From Devosia sp. (GTDB taxonomy: Bacteria; Pseudomonadota; Alphaproteobacteria; Rhizobiales; Devosiaceae): a stretch of DNA of 41,830 bases. Every line of letters begins with the position of its first letter. The stretch's first letter is position 1. The translations under genes and the position numbers were made by a program. Below the pieces are notes generated by a model that saw only the letters and a program-made list of their open reading frames with translations, was not told where the DNA came from and made no database searches. Shown here one piece after another: positions 29,409-37,737 of this stretch. The stretch spans positions 1 through 41,830 of the forward strand of contig JANXSI010000469.1 in the NCBI GenBank assembly GCA_025352765.1, given 5' to 3'.

Positions 29409-29607
29409 AACGTAGGGCGGCCGCCATCAGTTGGCTGCTCGACACTTAGAATTGATACCGGCGAACGTCCCAAGTGCACGAATACTCAAATGGACGTACT
29501 TGATAATAATGGCGGTCCTTTTGGTTCTTCGACGCGAGCGGCGCATGATTTGGAATCAACAAGGTCGGTCACGCCTCGCGCCTCGATTGGGTAGTTCGGA
29601 ATATCCT

Positions 29608-29799
29608 ATGCTCGGTACCTTTTCGCTGACCTACGCGATGTCCACCGGACTTGGTGTGCACGAGTCTTCTACCCCTAAAGATGCCATTGCTGATCATGCG
29701 TCGCTGGTTACTGCGGGCGCTCAAGTGATCGCAATTCGCGACCCAAAGGGCAAGGTTGTCACCATCGCCGACCTCGAGAATAAGACCAGGGCCGCCTAG
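29608..29799 (+). CDS. Small hypothetical protein (63 aa)
   Basis: MLGTFSLTYAMSTGLG...VIAIRDPKGKVVTIADLENKTRAA has a globular alpha/beta-like composition. Start codon uncertain. Confidence 0.5.
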   Translation: MLGTFSLTYAMSTGLGVHESSTPKDAIADHASLVTAGAQVIAIRDPKGKVVTIADLENKTRAA

Positions 29800-30019
29800 A
29801 GACTTAGCGCCAAGCCCCAAGCGACCTTTCGCCGGCTCCTTCGTTCCGACTCTGCGGGGGATGGCGGGCGCCAACCCTCCGCCAGCGCCGGGTGGCCGAT
29901 GGGAGCGGTTCACCCGGCCAGCCGATCGGACGCGCGGTAAGATTTGCCGACGCGCGATCATTCAGTCTTGCAGCGACGTGGTCTACCACCACGAACGAAC
30001 ATATGCAGGAGACCCGACC

Positions 30020-30333
30020 ATGATCAAGATGAGCGTCTACTGCCGGCCGATAACGGCTCGAGGTTCGCTCACGACTACTACCGCACGCGCCACATGCCAC
30101 TGATCAAACAGCGGCTTGGCGATGCCTGCCTGCGCTACGAGATCGACAAGGGGCTTGTGGGTCGCGAACCTGGAAGCGCGCCGAAGCTCGTCGCCGCCTG
30201 CCACATCTACGCGTCGACGCTGGAAACCTTCAAAGAGGCTTACCGTCCCCACCGGGCCGAGATCGTCGCGGATGGCCCCAACTATGCGGACATCACGCCC
30301 ATCGTTCAGATCAACGAAATAGTAGAAGGCTAG
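30020..30333 (+). pseudogene. EthD-family protein with a 1-bp deletion near codon 8
   Basis: AGGAG RBS and MIKMSVY, then a frame change to PADNGSRFAHDYYRTRHMPL...ADGPNYADITPIVQINEIVEG*. The span is 314 bp, one short of a codon multiple. Could be a sequencing error. Confidence 0.85.
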
Positions 30334-30530
30334 AGGGGCTTTGGCGGCGGAGTAGCGAGTAGTACGGCGGGCAGGACTCAACGTTTGGGGGCGCATGTAT
30401 CCTGCCCGCCGGAGCGGCAAGCGCTCTGGTAGCAAAGTACGTCGTCGCACTACGCGCGGATCAGGGGTCGATCCCTTGGTCGGATTGCGTACCAACTAGC
30501 GGTGCACGCGGTCGCCGAACCGGTCAAAAA

Positions 30531-30555
30531 GCAACCCCAGCGCGAGGCGATCGTT
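30531..30555 (+). promoter_or_regulatory. sigma-EcfG-like (general stress response) promoter
   Basis: GCAAC-N16-CGTT, one mismatch to GGAAC-N16/17-CGTT, 21 bp before the ATG at 30577. Confidence 0.45.
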
Positions 30556-30576
30556 AAAGCCTCAGGAGACCCCATA

Positions 30577-30789
30577 ATGATCGACAATCATTTCGTTGTG
30601 TCCGCGCGCGACAACGTCTGGCTCTATAGCCACAAGGGCGACGGCGCCGGCCCTTTCAAGACTCGAGACAAGGCGATTGAGGCCGCTATCGCCGAGGCTA
30701 TCGAAACCGGTGACATCGCTGCGGAAGTTTTAGTGCTTGATCACGACATGCAGCAGGAGACAGTCTGGCGGCATCCTGACGGGAAGTAG
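30577..30789 (+). CDS. DUF2188-like small protein (70 aa)
   Basis: AGGAG RBS. Sequence pattern W.......GPF.T...AI.AA...A.......V.V.......TVW. Confidence 0.75.
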   Translation: MIDNHFVVSARDNVWLYSHKGDGAGPFKTRDKAIEAAIAEAIETGDIAAEVLVLDHDMQQETVWRHPDGK

Positions 30790-30809
30790 CGACGGGCGCG
30801 CAATGGGAA

Positions 30810-30831
30810 GGCGAGGCTCCGTAGCCTCGCC
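30810..30831 (+). terminator. Perfect 9-bp hairpin after the DUF2188-like gene
   Basis: ggcgaggct-ccgt-agcctcgcc. Confidence 0.5.
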
Positions 30832-31095
30832 AAAACGGAATTCCTCGGTCGCCCCCGAAGGGGTCGGCCAGACCGTAGCGCCCGTTTTGTTCGAAATGGT
30901 ACTGGATTCGAGATGGTGAAAAATCCCAATGCCGTCGACCAGAACGCAGATCTAAAAGAATCTGGTGGCGGATTCGGCATTCCCAGGCAGTCAGTGTCTT
31001 CTTAGCACCGGTCGCAAGCAGGTCCGCCACACCCATCCATACTAGACGTGTTCCATCGTCGACACTTCTGTCTGGCCGCCAAGATGTCTCCCCAC

Positions 31096-31530
31096 ATGAG
31101 CCTAGCCCAGTCGCACCTGATCCACCTCGCAATCGACAGTCCGTTCGAAAGGGTTGTCGATTTTCTCTCGGACGCTGAAAACTTCCCCAAGTGGGCGGCA
31201 GTCGAGGGCCGGATGACCCGGCTTGGCGACCTCGAGTGGAGGGCGCAGACAGAGTTCGGAGCGCGAATTGTACGCTTTAGTCCCCGCAACGAATTCGGAG
31301 TTTTTGATCACGCCGTCTACAAGCCCGGTGACACTCCGATCACGATGCCACTTAGGGTCGTGCCAAACGGGACTGGATGCGACCTCGTTTTTCTGTTCCT
31401 GCGTAGGCCGGGCGTAACTGACGAGGAATTCGCATCGTCGGTCGAGTGGGTCACCAGCGATTTCCTGGCATTGCGCTCACTTCTCGAAGTGCTCGCTAGG
31501 CCCATATCCAGTCCCACGCACAAACCCTAG
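31096..31530 (+). CDS. SRPBCC (START/polyketide cyclase-like) family protein
   Basis: I......V.DFLSD.ENFPKWA...VRFSPRNEFGVFDH...PLRVVPNG.GC.L.F...R.PG.TDEEF...V..D...L..LLE. Start could be 31084. Confidence 0.85.
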   Translation: MSLAQSHLIHLAIDSPFERVVDFLSDAENFPKWAAVEGRMTRLGDLEWRAQTEFGARIVRFSPRNEFGVFDHAVYKPGDTPITMPLRVVPNGTGCDLVFLFLRRPGVTDEEFASSVEWVTSDFLALRSLLEVLARPISSPTHKP

Positions 31531-31538
31531 CGGCTTGA

Positions 31539-31553
31539 GTTCCTGCTCTGTTC
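31539..31553 (+). promoter_or_regulatory. LexA (SOS) box, alphaproteobacterial type
   Basis: GTTC-ctgctct-GTTC (GTTC-N7-GTTC) overlapping a TTGAGT -35-like hexamer, 16-25 bp before the start codons at 31570/31579. Confidence 0.75.
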
Positions 31554-31578
31554 TCGCGAGCATGCGACCATGCGCGTC

Positions 31579-31905
31579 ATGGCCACTCTCCAGTCTTATC
31601 TCGATGCCGGCTGGCAGCTGCACGCCGCCCACGAACTGATCAATCCGTTCTGCTCGCACACCGCTGAGCTCGATGTCGCAGCATTGGCGAAACGGCTCGG
31701 CGGCGATTTCAATGTCGTTGAGCGCCGCGGCTGGTTCGTGGCCCGGCTTCGCTGCACCCGGTGCGGGCGCAAGGGCAACATGCAGATCCGCTGCAGCCCG
31801 CCGCGAACTCTCCAAATGAGCGGGCGCCGATGGGCGCGGAGGCGGGCGCGCCGGGTTGGCGTTGAGGGTGGCGACGGGCGAGCTGCCGAGCGCGCCGCAG
31901 CTTAG
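31579..31905 (+). CDS. Small zinc-ribbon-like hypothetical protein, probably SOS-regulated
   Basis: MATLQSYLDAGWQL...CSHTAELDVAALAKRLG...LRCTRCGRK. The C-terminal ~35 aa look like non-conserved run-on. Confidence 0.65.
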   Translation: MATLQSYLDAGWQLHAAHELINPFCSHTAELDVAALAKRLGGDFNVVERRGWFVARLRCTRCGRKGNMQIRCSPPRTLQMSGRRWARRRARRVGVEGGDGRAAERAAA

Positions 31906-32025
31906 GGCCGGCGGGTTGTGTCGACAGATTACCCTTGGCTCAAGCCGGGGTGGGAGTGGTAACGGCCACCGTTCTGTTTCTGACGGACGCTCGCGCCGGC
32001 TCCATCGTCGGCTATAGTTTAGCCG

Positions 32026-32229
32026 ATGACGAATTCGCAGCGAGTGAACGATTATCTAACGGGGCAGCGCCCACTTGCGTTCTGCGACGATTGCCTTGCC
32101 AAGGCACTCGGTATCCGCAGCCGTCCTGCTGTCATCACCACAACGCTCGCGACAACGCCCTTTTTTAGCAGGGCTTTGCGGCGCTGTTCTACGTGCGGCA
32201 GGACAAAGATGGTGACGAACGCCTGTTAA
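32026..32229 (+). CDS. Small CxxC...CxxC zinc-binding hypothetical protein (67 aa)
   Basis: FCDDCLAKAL...RCSTCGRTKMV, TATAGT -10-like element just upstream, hairpin downstream. Confidence 0.65.
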   Translation: MTNSQRVNDYLTGQRPLAFCDDCLAKALGIRSRPAVITTTLATTPFFSRALRRCSTCGRTKMVTNAC

Positions 32230-32243
32230 GCGACTAAGCCGGA

Positions 32244-32280
32244 ACGGCCGGAGCGAAGCAGGTGTACCTCCTCCGGCCGT
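32244..32280 (+). terminator. 10-bp inverted repeat after the 32026-32229 gene
   Basis: acggccggag ... ctccggccgt. Confidence 0.4.
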
Positions 32281-32420
32281 ATCGACAGGCTAACCCTGTC
32301 GAGTAACTGCGACTCGGTGGTGATGTCGGACGAGCCGGGTACTCACCTGCTTACGGGGAATTTGTACCAAATGGAACGCACGGTGACTGTGTGTCGCCGG
32401 CGGCTCGTAAGCCGCGCTCG

Positions 32421-32608
32421 GTGACACAGCCCAGGACAACGAGGGAACGTGCCCTCGAGCTGGCCGCCTCTGGCAAGTGCCAGACTGTGAACGACGTGCT
32501 CTTTTGGCTGGGGTGGAAGGGTATCCGTCTAAAGAGATCGAGCACCCCGTCGGCCGCCATATTCTGCTGACGATCATCATTGGGGTCACAGAAAAGCCCG
32601 ACGCCTAG
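32421..32608 (+). pseudogene. Small alphaproteobacterial hypothetical (ERA.ELA.SG...EGY type), frameshifted
   Basis: MTQPRTTRERALELAASGKCQTVNDVLFWL, then EGYPSKEIEH...* in another frame from about 32516. Confidence 0.45.
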
Positions 32609-32625
32609 CCCGTAACTCGCCCCCG

Positions 32626-32784
32626 TCATCGCTCGCGGGTTACAGCACCCACGATGCCGCCAGCCATCAGCAGCGCGCCACCAGCGATCATTGGGTAGGG
32701 CACCAGACCGAGCCACCCGATGATCAGCATTACGAGCGACAATCCACCGAGGCCGGTGCCAACGATCAGCGAAGCGGTCGCCAT
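32626..32784 (-). CDS. Small two-helix Gly-rich membrane protein (52 aa; below the ORF-track cutoff)
   Basis: MATASLIVGTGLGGLSLVMLIIGWLGLVPYPMIAGGALLMAGGIVGAVTRER*. Confidence 0.55.
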   Translation of the reverse strand: MATASLIVGTGLGGLSLVMLIIGWLGLVPYPMIAGGALLMAGGIVGAVTRER

Positions 32785-33068
32785 AGTGCGAGTAAGTTGC
32801 ATCAGTTGAGCGCTCGGCTGATCACGGCCTGGCCTCGCATCGGCTTAATAGCGGTGGAAATCCCGAAGTTCTTCACGCAGTGTTTGGGTGCGGCAGATAC
32901 TTGGGATCAGGTTGCAAAGTACGCGGCGAGCGAGGCTCTTGAAGTAAGGCATGGCCTTGGTCTCTATTCAAAGAACAATGATGTTTCAAACCCTTCGCGC
33001 TAGGTCGGTTGATCCGCGCGGGCGTTAGGTTTGGACAGAACTGCCTCGCGCAGCATTTCACTTAAATT

Positions 33069-33093
33069 GGAACAATCCGCCAATCGACCGGTT
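33069..33093 (+). promoter_or_regulatory. sigma-EcfG-like promoter
   Basis: GGAAC-N16-GGTT about 40 bp upstream of the GTG at 33133. Confidence 0.5.
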
Positions 33094-33132
33094 GAGGTTA
33101 GCGTCTAACCGCTACGACGACGGAGATGTCTC

Positions 33133-33273
33133 GTGCCAGACCGCCACAACGAATACGTGCATCGAGATAACATCGTGCTGTTCCTCACAAGGCTCGGCAA
33201 AGAAACCGACCCTCTCAAGCGAGCGATGTTGATGATCCTTCTGGACCAAGCACGCTCTACTCCCGCTCCCTAA
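33133..33273 (+). CDS. Small helical-hairpin protein (46 aa; below the ORF-track cutoff)
   Basis: GGAG RBS. MPDRHNEYVHRDNIVLFLTRLGKETDPLKRAMLMILLDQARSTPAP resembles the ..H..NI..F...L..ETD...R..L..LL small-protein pattern. Confidence 0.6.
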   Translation: MPDRHNEYVHRDNIVLFLTRLGKETDPLKRAMLMILLDQARSTPAP

Positions 33274-33385
33274 GGGGCCGGACATTTAAGGGAGCCGGCC
33301 GGCGGGCCAAGGCAGGGCAGCCGTCTGCGGACTAGCCCCTGGCTAAAGCCGGGATGGAAGTGGTGAGGAGCCGCCGACAAGACTT

Positions 33386-33420
33386 GCGGCAGAGGCGGAC
33401 AGCGCTGCTGCCCGCCTTGC
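33386..33420 (-). terminator. Hairpin downstream of the cold-shock gene
   Basis: Imperfect ggcagaggcggacagc / gctgcccgccttgcc stem a few bases after the stop. Confidence 0.45.
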
Positions 33421-33425
33421 CAAGA

Positions 33426-33644
33426 TTACTTCACCAGCCTGAGATTGGTGGCCGATGCCTTGCCATCACGACCCGTCTCAAGGTCGTAGGAGACCTTGTC
33501 GCCTTCGTTCAGGCCATCAAGGCCCGCGCGCTCGACCGCGCTAATGTGCACGAAGGCGTCTTTGCCGACGCCACCGCCGCCCTCGGGCGAGATAAAGCCA
33601 AAACCCTTTGTAGTGTTGAAGAATTTCACGATGCCGATTGTCAT
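33426..33644 (-). CDS. cspA: Cold-shock protein (CspA family)
   Basis: MTIGIVKFFNTTKGFGFISPE...DAFVHISAVERAG...EGDKVSYDL with RNP1 (KGFGFI) and RNP2 (FVHIS) motifs. The true start is the ATG at 33644. Confidence 0.95.
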   Translation of the reverse strand: MTIGIVKFFNTTKGFGFISPEGGGGVGKDAFVHISAVERAGLDGLNEGDKVSYDLETGRDGKASATNLRLVK

Positions 33645-34083
33645 GTAGCGATGTCCGCAAATGGTGGGGCCGCTGTTATCGCGAGAAAGGGGCCACTGGA
33701 CAATCCCCCGCAAGGTGGGCATCTGGAACGCTGTAGCGAAGCCGTTTCCACAATTTGCCGATTTTCAAACCGGTCGCGCTGGGACAAAAAATTCATCGGC
33801 CAGATTCCCTCGCTGCCAAATCGACATCGCACCTCGGACCATAATAGGTCCTCGCAACGTCTTTGTGCTTGAAATCTACCAAGCGGTAGTCGTCGCGGCT
33901 TGGCGGCGGTGTCGGGAGCTAATCGAGACCGCGCGTCTTTCGGCCTCGAGTAGGTACTTTTCCTGTTTCACGATGAGCGACGGTGCCACATGGCCGCGCC
34001 CCTCGCAGTCCCCATGTCGCAACCATGTCGCACGGACTTGCCGGGGGCAAATGGAAATACCCGGAAATCCGGGGTTTCTCACC

Positions 34084-34146
34084 GCAACATGAACGCAACA
34101 CGACGCCGGGATCTCGATCTCAGATAGCAGCGCCAACGTGTTGATT
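34084..34146. mobile_element. att-arm-like DNA 3' of the tRNA: GCAACA direct repeats plus IHF site
   Basis: gcaacat-gaac-gcaacac (11-bp period). 34134-34146 reads AATCAACACGTTG on the minus strand, a perfect WATCAANNNNTTR. Confidence 0.55.
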
Positions 34147-34162
34147 TATCAAGAAAAAGGAT

Positions 34163-34236
34163 TGGCTGGGGAACCTGGATTCGAACCAAGATTGACGGAG
34201 TCAGAGTCCGTAGTTCTACCGTTGAACTATTCCCCA
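34163..34236 (-). tRNA. tRNA-Gln (anticodon CTG)
   Basis: TGGGGAATAGTTCAACGGTAGAACTACGGACTCTGACTCCGTCAATCTTGGTTCGAATCCAGGTTCCCCAGCCA: 74 nt cloverleaf, TTCGAAT T-loop, encoded CCA. Confidence 0.97.
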
Positions 34237-34247
34237 AAACGCAATGC

Positions 34248-34309
34248 TAGCAAGCACTTAGCGTCTGGTCGAAACGAGGGTTAGACACTTTTCAGTTTAC
34301 GGTTAGACA
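34248..34309. mobile_element. att-arm-like DNA 5' of the tRNA: IHF-like site and GGTTAGACA repeats
   Basis: TAGCAAGCACTTA (one mismatch to the IHF consensus) and GGTTAGACA at 34279 and 34301, overlapping the integrase 3' end. Confidence 0.5.
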
Positions 34310-35250
34310 AAACTGGTTCTCGTTTCGGGCGCTTCTGTATCACATTCGCCATGTCGATCAACTGCCCCGTGACGTCCGCCGATGAAGAATAATGCTCCGC
34401 CATGTCGTCGGTCTCGTGTCCGAGGATCAGCTTGCGCAATTCCTTGTCGTAGCCGGCGCTGCAGCTCCACGCCGATCGAGTGGCGCAGGCCATGCAGGGA
34501 GCCGCTGGGGCCCATCGCGCCGCGTTCACGGGCACTGGTCGAAGAGCTTGTCCAGCTGCACGCTGAGCCCGTTGGCGGTCCAAGCCTTGCCGGGCACAAC
34601 AGCACGATCGTGCAGCCCGGCGGCCGGCTGGCGATGGCTTGCTCGACGATCGTCTTCAGCTCGCCCAGGACGGGCAGGGTCAGCAGCACGTCATTCTTGC
34701 CCGCCCGGAAGGTCAGCCAGCCGTCCTTGTAGGCCTGCAGGGGCATCCGGACGATGTCGCTGCGCCGGAATCCCGAGGAACCGCGCCAGGGCGAGGGGCA
34801 GGCGCAGTTGGGGCCAAGCCGCGGCCATGACGTTGTTGCGCTCGTCCGGGGTCCAGGCCCGGTTCGGGCGCTTCCGATCGGCAGTCATCTTCGCCTTGGC
34901 GATGCCGGGGACGGGGTTCGCGGCTACCAGCTCATAATCGGCGCCGTGCTGAAACGCGGCGGAGAGCATCGCCAGCATGTGGTTGTGAAGCCGGCCCGGC
35001 GCTTCTTAAGGGTCTTGTCCCGCAGCTGGGCGATGAAGCCCGACGTCGCCTGCGCCAGCGGCATGTCGCGCAACGGCTCGAGGTAGTCGATGATCTTGCG
35101 GTAGTCGGCCTTGGCGCGGTCGGCGAGGTCCGTGAAGCGCGGGACAGCCTGGTAGCTGGCCAGCAGGCCTCCCAGCGAGCCCGCCTTGGCCTTTGCCGGC
35201 GCGTGGGCTACATCCAGGCGGGCGATCTCAGCCGCCAGCGCTTGGCCCTG
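34281..35250 (-). pseudogene. Tyrosine recombinase/phage integrase, at least three frameshifts, N-terminus missing
   Basis: Successive frames give GSLGGLLASY..F.DLA.RAKADYRK, NPV.GI...NRAWT.DE...LALARFLG, SLHGLRHS and LILGHETDDMAEHYS (H-x-x-R, LGH and catalytic Tyr motifs). Confidence 0.92.
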
Positions 35251-35338
35251 CAGCCCGTCTTGTCTTTCGGTCCTACTGGGAAATCGAGTCAGAGGCACCA
35301 GTCACACTCGATCGAGGTTCCAGCTATATTGCGTCAAA

Positions 35339-35785
35339 ATGCCTAAGCGATGGTCTCAGGGGTGCCTCCAGCTCGACCTCTGAGGGCGGAGGCGCAGAAG
35401 CAGACTCTGGGTGCTGTTCTGGATCGTCAAAACGATGTTCATCCTGCTCTGTTCAAGAAGTTTGTTAAGGTCGTGACAGCATCAAGAGCAGGGTTCAGCC
35501 CTCGCCAACCTGCCCATCCCGGGCAAGGTGGATCCCGCAAGGGGATGTGGCCTCGACGGCAACTAAATGGGCCCTTCAAGCTGATCCCGCTCCTTGGTCG
35601 AACCCAGGAGTTTTTATATGCCTCAAGCTGGCAATTACGACCTCGACTTCCGCCCCTCGTACTGGTGGGGGCCGTACGATCTCGAGACGCACTACCTGTC
35701 GCGGATCAAGGGGGAACTGCGCCGGGCATCGGCCCCAGTCGACTTCAAGGACGGGTCGCATGAAACAATCAAAAACAACCGCTAG
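35339..35785 (+). pseudogene. Degraded fragments of one or two hypothetical genes
   Basis: Protein-like stretches in different frames (AEAQKQTLGAVLDRQNDVHPALFKKFVKVV; YDLDFRPSYWWGPYDLETHYLSRIKGELRR) without a continuous ORF. Confidence 0.3.
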
Positions 35786-35961
35786 GCCCCACATCGCTGG
35801 CCGCTAGAGTGGCTTCGCTCCATCCATGTGGGCAGCCACGGCCTAACTGCGAGGAGTGGGCCGCCAGGACTGGCTCTGTGCTGCCGTCGGTCTTAGCAAG
35901 CAAAGCGGCGTGGACACCGAAGCTACACCCTCTATGGCCTGCGCGACCGATCCTGATGGTC

Positions 35962-37377
35962 TCACTTATAGATGGTGAGGTTTTGTCCAAAGCCCCTGAA
36001 ATTGTCGCCGTTAAACTCCCCAAAGAGGCTGTGACCAACGAGGATCCATTTGCCACCTGAGAATGCCGGCAATAGCTGGATAGCGCGGTACCCATTGTTC
36101 GGTTCTGGCCAGCTTGGTGTCACGGGTGAGAAGTTTCCTTTGCCGTCATTGAGGCCAATCTGGGTGGCCACGTCGCCAGGTTCGTCTCTCCAGGTGGGAT
36201 TGAGTGATTGGACCACAATGTCCAGTGCGCCGTCACCGTTTAGGTCCGCTAGAGAGAGATTGTGCGGCAGGGCAAACTGGTCCTGATTTGGCCAGGTTTG
36301 TCCCCAGATTCGGGTCGACGACTGGTCAATGAACTTGCCTCCGTCTTGTATCAAAATCTGGATGTAGAGCCCTTGAAATTTCTTTTTGCCGATGATGGCA
36401 CAGTTAAGGAGAACAAGGTCCTGGTCGCCATCGGCGTCTAGGTCCATGAGGTCAATGTCGGTCGTGTAGGCCTTCACACCAAACGGTGTTCGCGGCAGCT
36501 TGATTTTGCTGTCCGTGAACCGACCGGAGTTATCGCCAAAGAGGAGCACGCTGTTCTGCCCCTCGTCGGCGCTTCCGGCCAGAAGCAGGTCAATCATCTT
36601 GTCGCCGTTGACGTCGGCCAATCGGCCAGTGAGGAAGAAGTTGCGTCCTCGGCTAAGGGCCTTGGGGAGATGATCTGCGCCCGCTGAATAGGCGAACTTC
36701 CCTTTCCCGTCGTTGATGAGGAAGTAGGGCTGGAGTTTCGCTCTACCTCCGCTTGCCCCTGTGACGACGAACAGGTCGATGTCACCATCACCATCAATGT
36801 CGCCGGAGGTAGCGCCGTGCGCCATGTCCTCATACAGTGGCAGATTGGTCAACGAGGCATCCGTGAGCGTCCCGCCCGGTCCACTGAGAAGAAGAACGTT
36901 CTGTTCCCCTATGAACGGTTGTCCGTCAGGGCCGTGGGCTGCAACAAACAGGTCATCGACGCCATCACCGTTGAAGTCAGCAACCACGCCTTCGCGGGGA
37001 TGCACCCTCGAGGGCGGAACGGCCAGCCCAGAAAAAGGTTTTCCATCTGCAGAGACGATGACCATTTGCGTTGGCACGTTTATCGGCTGGTACGTGAGAT
37101 TAAAGCTCTCAAACGTGAGGACGAACTCGGCGATGCCGTCTTTGTTGAAGTCACCGGTCGCAAGGATACGGGAAACCGGGTCGCAGTCGGGACAGCCCAG
37201 CTTGCGGACGTCTGTCGTCGCGATGACCTGAGCCTGCGTCACATATGGCCCATCAACGAAGTCTTTCTCGGATGGGAGAGAACGCCCTTCGGCTGCAAGT
37301 GTCCCTGTTCCCGCAAGTCCAAGCAACACCGCTAAACCAAGGGCGCCACCCCGCCCAATCCTCGTGCCACTTCTCAC
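35962..37377 (-). CDS. Exported FG-GAP/VCBS-repeat (integrin-alpha-like beta-propeller) protein
   Basis: GGGGGA RBS and GTG, signal peptide, six DxNxDGxxD-type blades (GDFNKDGIAE, ADFNGDGVDD, GDIDGDGDID, ADVNGDKMID, MDLDADGDQD, ADLNGDGALD). Confidence 0.92.
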   Translation of the reverse strand: MRSGTRIGRGGALGLAVLLGLAGTGTLAAEGRSLPSEKDFVDGPYVTQAQVIATTDVRKLGCPDCDPVSRILATGDFNKDGIAEFVLTFESFNLTYQPINVPTQMVIVSADGKPFSGLAVPPSRVHPREGVVADFNGDGVDDLFVAAHGPDGQPFIGEQNVLLLSGPGGTLTDASLTNLPLYEDMAHGATSGDIDGDGDIDLFVVTGASGGRAKLQPYFLINDGKGKFAYSAGADHLPKALSRGRNFFLTGRLADVNGDKMIDLLLAGSADEGQNSVLLFGDNSGRFTDSKIKLPRTPFGVKAYTTDIDLMDLDADGDQDLVLLNCAIIGKKKFQGLYIQILIQDGGKFIDQSSTRIWGQTWPNQDQFALPHNLSLADLNGDGALDIVVQSLNPTWRDEPGDVATQIGLNDGKGNFSPVTPSWPEPNNGYRAIQLLPAFSGGKWILVGHSLFGEFNGDNFRGFGQNLTIYK

Positions 37378-37737
37378 AGATTCCCCCTGGTTTTGGGTCC
37401 CGCCAAAGTGGCGGTGAGCTATAGATCAACACGGCAACTCTAGCGCCATAGGAACGATCTCAGTCTAGCGCTCAGTTGTCTATGCAATAGTACTCCTGCT
37501 CCACAAAGCACGTTTAATGAGGTGCACCGTCGGGTGCTTGCCTTGCAGCAGTCAGATGGTTGATCGTGCTAGGTTGGGGTGCGAACTCGGGCGAGCATCG
37601 GGCACCTCGAACGTCGCCGCGGCAGGCGTTGCACCGACTGGCCATCAACCGACCCTGACACCGCCTCCGTCCCGTCGAAAACCGCCATTTGCAAGACGTC
37701 ACCTGGCTGGACTAGTCTCGGATGATACCGGGGGAAC

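Noticed and set aside
32504-32513. TTGGCTGGGG matching the tRNA-Gln 3' end as a possible att duplicate
   Set aside because: It is only 10 bp, lies inside a coding remnant and has no arm or IHF sites nearby, so it is compatible with chance.
33354-34136. ORFs antisense to or upstream of the cold-shock gene, and the 98-aa extended csp start
   Set aside because: The antisense shadow of csp genes is a common artefact, and the extension covers the 5' leader.
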